From: Chitinophaga pinensis
Lineage (GTDB): Bacteria > Bacteroidota > Bacteroidia > NS11-12g > UBA955
Reading direction: 5' to 3'
Assembly: GCA_945877575.1 (NCBI GenBank)
Contig: CAMDUE010000003.1
Span: forward strand, 88,174 to 152,173
DNA length: 64,000 nt
Part shown: positions 10,242-19,609 of the stretch, one piece after another
How the letters are laid out: every line of letters starts with the position of its first letter
Numbering within the stretch: position 1 is the stretch's first letter
Notes under the pieces: generated by a model
The model's database searches: none
Seen by the model: the letters and a program-made list of their open reading frames with translations, nothing else
Told to the model about the DNA's origin: nothing
Position numbers and translations under genes: made by a program

Positions 10242-11168
10242 TTAAAAAGGCATTAAATAACTTTGGAAATAAATACTATCAAATTTTACAAAATCGGTCT
10301 GATTGGTGGTATCATAAAAAATAACTTGCTTCAAGGTCCCTACAAAACTACTTTCAAACACATATTCATTTAAACTTAATACACTCCCTACCTCACTATT
10401 GTAGAATTTACCCTTTCTTTTGTATTGTATATCTTTTGAATCCAAGATAATATTACTCCTATTTGATAAATTCAAATTCCCAAAATCAAACCTTCCTAAA
10501 ATGAAATCATTTGGGGACTTATAATCATTTTTGAATAATATCGTTGGAGATGGAAAATATTTACTCCCACCCTTCACATCAATATCCCAAGAAGATTTCT
10601 CCACTTCAATCGGTTGGTTCTTCCCCTTTTCAAAAACTAAGAAACAAGAATTGTTAACTTTTAAATTTATTGAATTACTCAAGTTAAAAACCTGAATCTT
10701 TCCGTTTTCTTTATATTTCATAGAAATATTCATTATTTCTATTACGTCAATAGTTAACGTTGAATACTTACGCTTAAAATTAAATCCATCTATAGTAAAC
10801 GAGTCTTTGTTCAACCTTCCCTTTCGAGAACTATAAACCTCAAAATCTAAAAGATCTTTAAGTTCAATTTGAGCGTTAGAAAAACTGCTAGAATTGTACT
10901 TGTAACTAACTTCTGAAATACCAGAAATATTATTTTGAAATTGCAATGTAACAGTTTTAATGGTATCATTACCAACAGTAAAATAATTAGAACTAGTCTT
11001 ACATTTTACTTCAGTCGAATTCAATATTACGGTCTCATCAAATTGATTGATTTTAGACCAGTCAGTTAGATTCAATGGTGGTGACAATTCAAAAATTGGC
11101 TCGTTCTTGCATGCAGCAATTACAGAGCCCGCAATGATCAAAATTGCGACCTTCTGAAATAGTTTCAT
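10242..11168 (-). CDS. hypothetical lipoprotein
   Basis: Lipobox 'VIAAC' after a short hydrophobic segment; operonic spacing. Confidence 0.75.
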   Translation of the reverse strand: MKLFQKVAILIIAGSVIAACKNEPIFELSPPLNLTDWSKINQFDETVILNSTEVKCKTSSNYFTVGNDTIKTVTLQFQNNISGISEVSYKYNSSSFSNAQIELKDLLDFEVYSSRKGRLNKDSFTIDGFNFKRKYSTLTIDVIEIMNISMKYKENGKIQVFNLSNSINLKVNNSCFLVFEKGKNQPIEVEKSSWDIDVKGGSKYFPSPTILFKNDYKSPNDFILGRFDFGNLNLSNRSNIILDSKDIQYKRKGKFYNSEVGSVLSLNEYVFESSFVGTLKQVIFYDTTNQTDFVKFDSIYFQSYLMPF

Positions 11169-11178
11169 GTTCTAATTA

Positions 11179-13122
11179 TTAATCAATGATAACTACTTTC
11201 TTAGACCATCCTAAGTCACCCTTAAGAATGTATAATCCAACATCACATTTTGAAATATCCAAATGATTTGAATCTTCTTCACGCAGTATTAAATTGCCCG
11301 AAAAGTCATACAAATTCAAGTTATCTTTAATATTGATATTTAATACTTTACCATTTACATTACCAATACTAATTGGATTAGGGAAAGCAATAACCTCAAC
11401 CATTTGTTTCTCCATTTCAATAATTGTATTCGACTCTTCACATTTTATAGGATCGATGAATTGTTCAGCAAAACCCTTTAATACAGTTATTGAATCTGAT
11501 GTTAAATTTGAAGAATTACCTAAAACAATCAAGGGTAAATAAGCTTCAGAATATTTGGCAATAGAAATTGAAGCTCCAGAAGTTTCAACCCCAACCAAGC
11601 GATAATCTAATTTGGTAAAATCTACTGAGACACCTTCAAAATCAACTCCATTTAAATTTGCCAAATAAATTTCATTTTGAAAATTATTAACTCCCGTTTT
11701 ATGCGAAGGATTCTGTCCTTGTTGATTAGAGAATACAGATTCACTAAATACTAAAAATTGAGCATCCTGTGGGATTGAATTTTCATCTTCATACTGCACG
11801 TTATACAAGTTTATTGAAACTGGATTAGTGAATTTACGACCTCTACCAAAATCAAAATTACATTTGGTGATTAATGCTAAATCATCTGATCCCTTTATTT
11901 CTATGATCGAACCATAAGGGTCACTTACTAAACCACTGCTTAAAAATTCTTTCAGATTAGAAGCCAACACAGGTCCTGATGTTTCTGTAGTTTTCAAACC
12001 ATAACTATTTATAAATTGATCGAAATCTTCAGTTCCACCCTGACTAGTTAAAATGATGTTTTGATTGGCTCTATTGTAATGCAAATCTTTAACATTCAAG
12101 AATACAGTGTATTGCAATGTAGAATCCTTAATTATGCTTGAATACAAATCTATGAGATAATTTTTACCCAAGGACTCAACCTTTCCTGATACCTCTGGGT
12201 TAATTCTTGTCCAATGATTCTCTTGTGCTGTTTCTTCTTCTGAATATACATAGAACTCATGCACCTTGTTATTCTCAACGGTTTTAATTAGAATATTAAA
12301 TCCATCATCACCTAAGACCTGATAAGTTTCAGTTATTTTAGAAGTAGTTGCATCGCTAATTCGCTCAGACACTATTTTAAATGCACTGCGAGGAGAGCGA
12401 CCCAAATCAAATCTTCTGTATTGTACGTTATTGTTAATTCTATCCAATTCCAAAATCCAACCCTCATATTCGGATGAAGATAGTTTAGAAAGTAAAGTTT
12501 TAAAATTAGTTTTTAAACCCTCAAATTGTGGTGTGATAACTCCTTTATCATTTGCACTACTAAATGTATCTTTGTTTACTATGTATAAATCATTATTATT
12601 TCTGTAAAACTTGGTAGTGACAAACAAATTACCTCTAGAATTTGAAGAACTAAAACTTGATTCACCCGTAATCATTTTTTGAAGACGTGTAGGTATTGGA
12701 ACTATATTTGATGCATAAGGAACTGTTTCTGTGCCACTAAGTGCAGGTTGTCCTAGTACGGGAAGGGAAACAGAATTTTTATTAATCGCAGTCAATTGAC
12801 TTCCTGAACTGAAATTGTGTAGTGTATATAAAATACCTGATTCGAATGATTTCAACTTACCTTTACCTTCGTAATTGGTAAATGTTGAACTCCTATTAAA
12901 TCCTATACCCGAAATTTCACCGTTTAATTGACCATCAGCAAAATTGCTAGTTTTCAAAGAATTTATTATAGTTGTTGAGTTAACAGTATTTGAAAAGCGT
13001 TTGGCGCTATTAAATAATGTGTCACTTGAACATAAATAATCCGTAAAGGGAACCTGCGCTTTAGCAGCTTTTACGCAAGTCAAACTCAAAAAGAGAATTT
13101 TAAAATAATTATATGCTTTCAT
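11179..13122 (-). CDS. T9SS-secreted protein with degenerate PhoX/DUF839-like fold
   Basis: Likely start MKAYNYF at 13122; signal peptide; C-terminal 'AFPNP...GLYIL...KKVVIID'. Remnants of PhoX-family motifs appear in the right order but lack the metal ligands. Confidence 0.65.
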   Translation of the reverse strand: MKAYNYFKILFLSLTCVKAAKAQVPFTDYLCSSDTLFNSAKRFSNTVNSTTIINSLKTSNFADGQLNGEISGIGFNRSSTFTNYEGKGKLKSFESGILYTLHNFSSGSQLTAINKNSVSLPVLGQPALSGTETVPYASNIVPIPTRLQKMITGESSFSSSNSRGNLFVTTKFYRNNNDLYIVNKDTFSSANDKGVITPQFEGLKTNFKTLLSKLSSSEYEGWILELDRINNNVQYRRFDLGRSPRSAFKIVSERISDATTSKITETYQVLGDDGFNILIKTVENNKVHEFYVYSEEETAQENHWTRINPEVSGKVESLGKNYLIDLYSSIIKDSTLQYTVFLNVKDLHYNRANQNIILTSQGGTEDFDQFINSYGLKTTETSGPVLASNLKEFLSSGLVSDPYGSIIEIKGSDDLALITKCNFDFGRGRKFTNPVSINLYNVQYEDENSIPQDAQFLVFSESVFSNQQGQNPSHKTGVNNFQNEIYLANLNGVDFEGVSVDFTKLDYRLVGVETSGASISIAKYSEAYLPLIVLGNSSNLTSDSITVLKGFAEQFIDPIKCEESNTIIEMEKQMVEVIAFPNPISIGNVNGKVLNINIKDNLNLYDFSGNLILREEDSNHLDISKCDVGLYILKGDLGWSKKVVIID

Positions 13123-13146
13123 ATTTTCAAAGTGCAAATTAAACAC

Positions 13147-13175
13147 AAAGAGCACTCCAAATTGGAGTGCTCTTT
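13147..13175. terminator. intergenic stem-loop (terminator or RNA-stability hairpin)
   Basis: AAAGAGCACTCCA-aat-TGGAGTGCTCTTT. Confidence 0.6.
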
Positions 13176-13195
13176 GTTAACTTTTTGTTATTGAA

Positions 13196-15187
13196 TTACT
13201 TTACAAATACTTTAACTGAATCTTCGAAACTAGCTCCACTAACTAAAACAGTGTATAAACCAGTTTGGAAACCATTTAATTCAAAAGTATTACCAGTTGA
13301 TTTAGTGCTACGCACCAATTTACCAGACATATCATAAATTTGAACATCATACATTTCGTTTGATTTAGCTCCATCAATTTTCGCATTGATAGCGCCTTCA
13401 ACAGAACCTAGAGCGATTAAAGAAGTCTCAGCGATATTCATAGACAAATCGTTTGATTTATCTGAGTTATCACCACCAAAAGGAGTAGTAACTGAGCAAT
13501 AATCATCAGTAGGATCTAAATCAGAGAACCCACCTAAAGTTGAATTCTTTACACCACGATTAGCGAATACCTTGAAAGTAGATTTCAGAGCAGAATCTAA
13601 AGTTTTATTTGAACCAAATCCTGAACCGAATTTGTTAAATGCATAAGCCAAATTTCCGTAATCTTTAGCAAAAGTGCTGTAGAATGTAATAGCAGAAATT
13701 GCTGGTATTGAACCTTGTGTAGTGGTCACATTATAACCTAAGTTCTTAACGTTATCAGTTTTTCCCTTGTAGTTACCTTCTTGGTAATACAAACCCCAGT
13801 TGTTTACATTATCATATGGGAATGCAGAATCCTTATTAAAGGTTACACCACTTGTTGTTGTGAAATCAGATTTACACAAATTCCAAGAATTGTAAGCAAA
13901 TTCTGGACCTCTCCATTTACCAACATTCTTTGCTTCGTTTTCACCATCAATGTTAAATGCTTGATCGTAACCGTGAACGATACAGTTGTAAATTCTCGCA
14001 GAAGCAGTTTTGTCAATGCTGAATCCAAAAACTGAAGGTCTCCATTCGTTACCAGTAATACCACTAGATTTAGCAGCTCCACCAAATGAAGCATCCTTAC
14101 CGAAATGTCCACGAGGACCAAAAGCAGTAACATTTGAAATGATTGGGAAAGTGTTACGAGCGTTTGATGTGCCATTAGCATCTGATATCTCTGCAACTCT
14201 AGAACGTGAAATATCTCTAGAAGCAGTATCCATGCGGTAAATCAACACGTTTTGAATTGTACCTTGATATCCAGCATCTAAATCCAAATCATCATCTAAA
14301 GTGTTGATGATTACCATATCTTGAACGTTAACAGAACCACCGAAAATTTCGATAGCATCATCGTTAGCTTCAAAAACTTGCAAACCCTTCATGATTGTAG
14401 CATTACCAACACCATAAAGTGAAAAAGAATTTAACTCATTACCAGAACCAGCTGCACCAACGTTCATACCCGCATAGTTACACTGTACGTTAACCCACTG
14501 ACCTGAGTTATCAGCTTCAGTAGATCCACCAACCAAGTATCTATTTAAAGTTACTGGAAGTCCTTCAATGTGAGACTGAACACCTGATTTAGAAGCTGTA
14601 CCATTCTTGGCAACTTCACCAGCAATAGGTGCTCTACCAGAAATAACGATACCAGCCCAGTCTCCGCGCTTTCTAACAGCTTTTGCAGAAGTGAAAACAA
14701 TAGGAGCACTTGCAGTACCTTTCGCCATAACCGTTGATTTTGGCAACTGAACAAATGCACTGTAAGTTAAAGTAGAACCATAAATTACTACTCCAGCTGG
14801 AATGTTCAATCTAATTCCTGAGTCAAGATGAACAACACCTGGTAGATAATAACACTCACTAGATTTCAACGTGATTTGAGTACCGTTTACAGTCCAAGCG
14901 TTACCATTTACCACTTCTGTTCCATTTCCAGTTTTAGTTAAATCATAACCTGATCCGTCACCTTTTAGTCTACCACCGCGGTGAGCAGTAATTTTGTTAC
15001 TAGCATTCATACCTAAGTGGAAAGTTGTATCCATAACGTAACAACCACAACCGTTAGCATAAGCAGTTGCAATCGAATCCAATACAACTTTTTGGCCAAT
15101 TCTCTTAAGAGCATACTGCTCTCCAGATTGAGCAGCTACCATTCCGATAGATGCTACACTAAATAATAATACAAGAAGTTTTTTCAT
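13196..15187 (-). CDS. T9SS-secreted beta-helix-like protein of the TBDR-associated 'DAIEFFGG/DDDLD' family
   Basis: Start MKKLL; motifs 'APIVFTS', 'RGDWAGIVISGRAP', 'NELNSFSLYGVG', 'DDAIEIFGGSVN' and 'DDDLDLDAGYQG'; CTD 'IYDMSGKLV...GLYTV...KVFVK'. Confidence 0.75.
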   Translation of the reverse strand: MKKLLVLLFSVASIGMVAAQSGEQYALKRIGQKVVLDSIATAYANGCGCYVMDTTFHLGMNASNKITAHRGGRLKGDGSGYDLTKTGNGTEVVNGNAWTVNGTQITLKSSECYYLPGVVHLDSGIRLNIPAGVVIYGSTLTYSAFVQLPKSTVMAKGTASAPIVFTSAKAVRKRGDWAGIVISGRAPIAGEVAKNGTASKSGVQSHIEGLPVTLNRYLVGGSTEADNSGQWVNVQCNYAGMNVGAAGSGNELNSFSLYGVGNATIMKGLQVFEANDDAIEIFGGSVNVQDMVIINTLDDDLDLDAGYQGTIQNVLIYRMDTASRDISRSRVAEISDANGTSNARNTFPIISNVTAFGPRGHFGKDASFGGAAKSSGITGNEWRPSVFGFSIDKTASARIYNCIVHGYDQAFNIDGENEAKNVGKWRGPEFAYNSWNLCKSDFTTTSGVTFNKDSAFPYDNVNNWGLYYQEGNYKGKTDNVKNLGYNVTTTQGSIPAISAITFYSTFAKDYGNLAYAFNKFGSGFGSNKTLDSALKSTFKVFANRGVKNSTLGGFSDLDPTDDYCSVTTPFGGDNSDKSNDLSMNIAETSLIALGSVEGAINAKIDGAKSNEMYDVQIYDMSGKLVRSTKSTGNTFELNGFQTGLYTVLVSGASFEDSVKVFVK

Positions 15188-15310
15188 ACGGTACAAAATT
15201 CAAACTCTAAAATGATTGAAATATTATTGAATAGTCAAATCATCAAGATGATTTGTTAATGTTTTTATACCCATAAATTAACAATTTAATTACTTTGGAT
15301 ATTTTGAAAC

Positions 15311-16579
15311 TCAACTAATCATTCCAACAGCGATGGTCTCATTCGTGGTCTGATCGATTACTATCAATGAACCCGTCTTACGGTTTCTGTGATAGGAGTC
15401 TACAAATAAATCTTGACTAACTCGAATTTTAGCCTTGAAAATATCATTAATTCCAATGAATTTATCCTCTAAATTGCGGGTTAAGGTAGTGATTTCCATT
15501 TTATAAATAATTTCCTCAATTTTCCCAAATACTTCAGAAGTTCCTTGGCGAATGATATACTTGGTATTCGGATTCAGTGGTTTATCGTGAAACCAGCAGG
15601 CTGCAATCTCAAATTCTTTACTCGGTTCTGGTTGATTATTGACTTTTGCAATGATATTTCCTCGAGAAATATCAATATCATCGTTTAGAGTCATAGACAC
15701 CGACATGGGAGCAAAGCATTCTATTAATGATCTATCTCCCAAGAAAATTTCTTTTATTGTAGATCGTTTACCACTGGGCAATACAACAATTTCTTCCCCA
15801 ACCCGAAAAATTCCTCCATCAATGCGTCCAGCGTAACCCCGGAAATCATGATAAGCGTCTGAATGCGGCCTTATCACCGTTTGAATGGGGAACCGTGCAT
15901 CAGTATGATTTTCATCGCTTCCGATGTGAATGGTTTCTAAATTGTGCATCAATGTGGCACCTTGATACCAATCCATATTATTAGAACGATTTACTACATT
16001 ATCACCCTTTAAAGCAGAAATTGGTATGAATCGAATATCTTTTACCTCTAATTTCGAAGCGAACTCCTCGTATACTTTTACAATATTTTGGTATACTTCC
16101 TCAGAAAAACTAACCAAATCCATCTTGTTAATACAAACGATGATATGAGGAATTTGCAACAAACTTGCTATATATGAATGCCTGTAAGTCTGCTCAATTA
16201 CACCTTTCCTTGCATCTATCAAAATCAAAGCTACATTGGCTGTTGATGCACCCGTAACCATATTTCGTGTATATTGAATGTGCCCTGGAGTATCAGCAAT
16301 GATGAATTTCCGTTTTGGAGTGGCGAAATACCGGTAGGCTACATCTATGGTAATACCTTGTTCACGTTCATCTTTTAGTCCATCAGTCAGTAAACTTAAA
16401 TCAATATGATCCAATCCTTTTCGTTCAGAACTACCCTTTACTTGTTCTAATTGATCTTCAAAAATGGCCTTAGAATCGTATAACAATCTACCAATCAACG
16501 TACTTTTTCCATCGTCTACACTACCAGCAGTGGTGAAGCGAAGAAGCTCCATATCCAAATAATTATTGCTTTGTTCCAT
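15311..16579 (-). CDS. cysN: sulfate adenylyltransferase subunit 1 (GTPase)
   Basis: 'LLRFTTAGSVDDGKSTLIGRLL', 'EREQGITIDVAYRYF' and 'DTPGHIQYTRNM'. Confidence 0.97.
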   Translation of the reverse strand: MEQSNNYLDMELLRFTTAGSVDDGKSTLIGRLLYDSKAIFEDQLEQVKGSSERKGLDHIDLSLLTDGLKDEREQGITIDVAYRYFATPKRKFIIADTPGHIQYTRNMVTGASTANVALILIDARKGVIEQTYRHSYIASLLQIPHIIVCINKMDLVSFSEEVYQNIVKVYEEFASKLEVKDIRFIPISALKGDNVVNRSNNMDWYQGATLMHNLETIHIGSDENHTDARFPIQTVIRPHSDAYHDFRGYAGRIDGGIFRVGEEIVVLPSGKRSTIKEIFLGDRSLIECFAPMSVSMTLNDDIDISRGNIIAKVNNQPEPSKEFEIAACWFHDKPLNPNTKYIIRQGTSEVFGKIEEIIYKMEITTLTRNLEDKFIGINDIFKAKIRVSQDLFVDSYHRNRKTGSLIVIDQTTNETIAVGMIS

Positions 16580-17484
16580 TAAAAATATCCTTGCTTTTTA
16601 CGGTCCTCCATAGCAGTTTCTGATCTTTTATCATCAGCGCGAGAGCCGCGTTCAGTTGTGCGAGTAGTGGCCACTTCTTGAATGATTTTTTCTAAGGTAT
16701 CTGCTTCACTTTCAACAGCACCAGTAATAGGCATATCACCGCAAGTACGGTAGCGAATGCGTTTGGTTATAAGTATTTCAGTGGGTTTCAAATTCACGAA
16801 AGGACCATTGGAAATCCATGTATCGTTTCGCCAAAAAACCACCCGGTCATGAGCAAAATAAAGCGAGGGAAGGCTAATATTTTCAGCTAAAATGTATTGC
16901 CAAACATCCATCTCAGTCCAATTTGAAATAGGGAATACACGGAAATGCTCACCCATATTCTTGCGCCCATTGAACAGGTTCCATAATTCAGGTCTTTGGT
17001 TCTTGGGATTCCACTGCCCAAAATCATCACGATGCGAAAAAAAACGTTCCTTAGCACGGGCTTTTTCTTCATCCCTGCGAGCACCACCCATAGCAGCATC
17101 GAACCGGTACTTCTCGATGGTGTCTAACAACGTAGTAGTTTGTAGAGCATTTCTACTAGCATTTAGTCCAGTTTCTTCTTGTACTCTACCATTGTCGATT
17201 GACTCCTGTACCGAGCCAACAATAAGTTTTACACCCAATTCTTTCACCAAATTATCTCTATATTGAATGGTTTCAGGGAAATTATGACCTGTATCAATAT
17301 GTACTAATGGAAAAGGTATTTTAGCAGGCCAAAATGCTTTTTTAGCTAAATGAGTTACTAATATGCTGTCTTTACCCCCAGAAAACAAAATTGCTGGATT
17401 CTGGAATTGTGCATATACCTCACGAATAACAAAAATGGCTTCCGCCTCTAACTCTTGTAAATGACTCAATAAATATTTCATCAA
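16579..17484 (-). CDS. cysD: sulfate adenylyltransferase subunit 2
   Basis: 'LFSGGKDS', 'GGARRDEEKARAKER', 'NQRPELW' and 'MEDRKKQGYF'. Confidence 0.97.
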   Translation of the reverse strand: MMKYLLSHLQELEAEAIFVIREVYAQFQNPAILFSGGKDSILVTHLAKKAFWPAKIPFPLVHIDTGHNFPETIQYRDNLVKELGVKLIVGSVQESIDNGRVQEETGLNASRNALQTTTLLDTIEKYRFDAAMGGARRDEEKARAKERFFSHRDDFGQWNPKNQRPELWNLFNGRKNMGEHFRVFPISNWTEMDVWQYILAENISLPSLYFAHDRVVFWRNDTWISNGPFVNLKPTEILITKRIRYRTCGDMPITGAVESEADTLEKIIQEVATTRTTERGSRADDKRSETAMEDRKKQGYF

Positions 17485-17491
17485 ATGATCA

Positions 17492-18328
17492 TTAAAAACT
17501 AAACTTTGGAACTTCTCTTAACAGTATTCTAACACTTTCATCAACCGTAAGTTCAGAGGTTTTAATGTGAACTTTGGGCATTCTAGGAATTTCAAATGGG
17601 CTATCTATACCCGTAAATTGAGTTATTTCTCCATTTCTCGCTTTTTGGTAAAGCCCTTTAACATCACGTTTTTCACAAACTTCTAAAGGTGTATCAATAA
17701 AAACCTCACAAAAATTTTGCTCACCAATTATCTCAAGAGCTAATTTTCGGTCGCTCTCAAAAGGAGAGATGAAAGCAGTAATTACCACAAATCCCGAATC
17801 CAAAAACAATTTTGCCACCTCGGAAACACGTCGAATATTTTCATTTCTACTCAAATCTGAAAAATCAAGATCTTGATTCAACCCTTTTCTCATATTGTCC
17901 CCGTCTAATACCATAACTTGATACCCTTTAAGAAATAACTCATTTTGAAATGCGTTCGCAATGGTTGATTTCCCAGAACCACTCAAACCTGTCATCCAAA
18001 AAACTTTAGGTTCATGTTTATTCTTCCTAATTCTTTGTTCCAAAGACAATTGATATGCTTGTTTTTCTACATGCAATTTCTGATTTCCAATAGAATCATT
18101 GGTTTTCCATTTTCTATTTTTCAACCTCCCAATCGAAATATAGTTATACCAAACTCGTTCGTGCAAATAATAGAGCACCATTTTCGTGAAAACTTCAAAA
18201 CCGCCTATTGCTAACCCAATTTTAATTGAACCAGTAACAATGTATGAAACAATCATTGTGTCAATGGTGCCAACAATTCTCCATGAAATAGTCTTTAAAA
18301 TATGTCGTAATTGATCGCTATTTTTCAT
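17492..18328 (-). CDS. cysC: adenylylsulfate kinase with N-terminal DUF2061-like membrane domain
   Basis: N-terminal 'KTISWRIVGTIDT...LYYLHERVW' (DUF2061-like); kinase 'WMTGLSGSGKST', 'LDGDNMR' and 'FTGIDSPFE'. Confidence 0.92.
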   Translation of the reverse strand: MKNSDQLRHILKTISWRIVGTIDTMIVSYIVTGSIKIGLAIGGFEVFTKMVLYYLHERVWYNYISIGRLKNRKWKTNDSIGNQKLHVEKQAYQLSLEQRIRKNKHEPKVFWMTGLSGSGKSTIANAFQNELFLKGYQVMVLDGDNMRKGLNQDLDFSDLSRNENIRRVSEVAKLFLDSGFVVITAFISPFESDRKLALEIIGEQNFCEVFIDTPLEVCEKRDVKGLYQKARNGEITQFTGIDSPFEIPRMPKVHIKTSELTVDESVRILLREVPKFSF

Positions 18329-19104
18329 GATTTTCGCTTTACTAAAAAATGAGGATTTATTAAATCAACTTTGTTGTATACCAAGGGGAGCTGTGTTTCA
18401 AAATTTATGATTTCACAATTCGCATAATTAAGAATGGCATGAGCAGCTGCTGTATCCCATTCCATTGTAGGCCCTAATCTCGGATAAACTTCAGCCTTAC
18501 CCTCAGCCACTAAACAAATTTTCAAACTACTACCCATTGATACTATTTCTACATCACCATACTCCTGTCGCATTTGAGAAATGAATGCTTCCGTTTTCTC
18601 GTTATTGTGTGACCTGGAAGCAACTATCCTAAAGGATCTTGTATTCTCTTCGCTTTCATTTAATTGATGTTCTTCAAATTCCCTAAATTGATTCAACTCA
18701 AAAATTTGAAAACCGTGTTCGGGTGAACCACAATACATTCTATTAAGACAAGGAGCAAAAACAACTCCTCGCAAAGGAATTCCATTTTCCAAATAGGCAA
18801 TGTTTACAGTAAATTCCCCATTCTTTCGCAAAAACTCTTTGGTTCCATCTAAGGGGTCAATTAAAAAAAATCGGTCCCAATTTTGCCTTAATTCAAATGC
18901 TATTGATTTGTTTTCTTCTGAAATTATCGGAATACTTGGAAAGTATTTTTTAAGCTGAGATATTATAATAGTATTTGATCTCTGATCAGCCATTGTCAAA
19001 GGAGAACCATCAAGTTTATACTCTAATCCAACGTTCAATTGGTTGTATATACTCAATATCTCCTCGCCTGCTTCCAAAGAAATATTCATTAATTTATCAA
19101 TCAC
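18325..19104 (-). CDS. cysQ: 3'(2'),5'-bisphosphate nucleotidase (PAP phosphatase)
   Basis: 'SPLTMAD', 'IISEE', 'IDPLDGTKEF', 'VASRSH' and 'EWDTAA'. Confidence 0.95.
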   Translation of the reverse strand: MIDKLMNISLEAGEEILSIYNQLNVGLEYKLDGSPLTMADQRSNTIIISQLKKYFPSIPIISEENKSIAFELRQNWDRFFLIDPLDGTKEFLRKNGEFTVNIAYLENGIPLRGVVFAPCLNRMYCGSPEHGFQIFELNQFREFEEHQLNESEENTRSFRIVASRSHNNEKTEAFISQMRQEYGDVEIVSMGSSLKICLVAEGKAEVYPRLGPTMEWDTAAAHAILNYANCEIINFETQLPLVYNKVDLINPHFLVKRKS

Positions 19105-19108
19105 TCAG

Positions 19109-19189
19109 CAAATATAAAACAAAACCCTATTAACCCATCGTTTTGATAGGTTTTTCATTTACAAATACCGTCTAAAAAAACTAATTTTG
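19109..19189. promoter_or_regulatory. divergent promoter region cysQ/rrf2 with imperfect inverted repeat (candidate Rrf2 operator)
   Basis: -7 elements TATATTTG (minus, 19109-19116) and TAATTTTG (plus, 19182-19189) flank AAACCCTAT-N15-ATAGGTTTT (19122-19154). Confidence 0.55.
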
Positions 19190-19193
19190 CCGA

Positions 19194-19604
19194 GTGCTTA
19201 CGAAAAAGGCTAAATACGCATTAAACGCTTTGGTGTATCTATCGAATAATGCTACAGAAAACATACCCATTACAGCTTTTAAAATTGCTCAAGACAATGA
19301 TATTTCACAGAAATTTCTTGAATCCATTTTGATAGAAATGAAAAAAGTTGGTTTACTCGGAAGCATGCACGGTAAGGGTGGAGGATATTATTTACGAAGA
19401 TCTCCAAATGAAATTCAATTGGTTGAAATTATTCGAATGTTCGATGGAGCTGTTGGCCTTATACCCTGTGTTACCCACCAATTTTTTGAGCCATGCAAGG
19501 AATGTAAAGACATTGAGACCTGTAAAATTAGATTTACTTTCAAAGAATTGAGAGATCTTAATGTTGAATTTTTGAAAAAAAGAACTCTAAAAGACCTATT
19601 GTAA
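19194..19604 (+). CDS. Rrf2 family transcriptional regulator (CymR-like)
   Basis: 'TKKAKYAL', 'KFLESIL', 'GKGGGYYL' and a C-terminal Cys cluster 'PCV...CKEC...C'. Confidence 0.92.
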   Translation: MLTKKAKYALNALVYLSNNATENIPITAFKIAQDNDISQKFLESILIEMKKVGLLGSMHGKGGGYYLRRSPNEIQLVEIIRMFDGAVGLIPCVTHQFFEPCKECKDIETCKIRFTFKELRDLNVEFLKKRTLKDLL

Positions 19605-19609
19605 GATGT

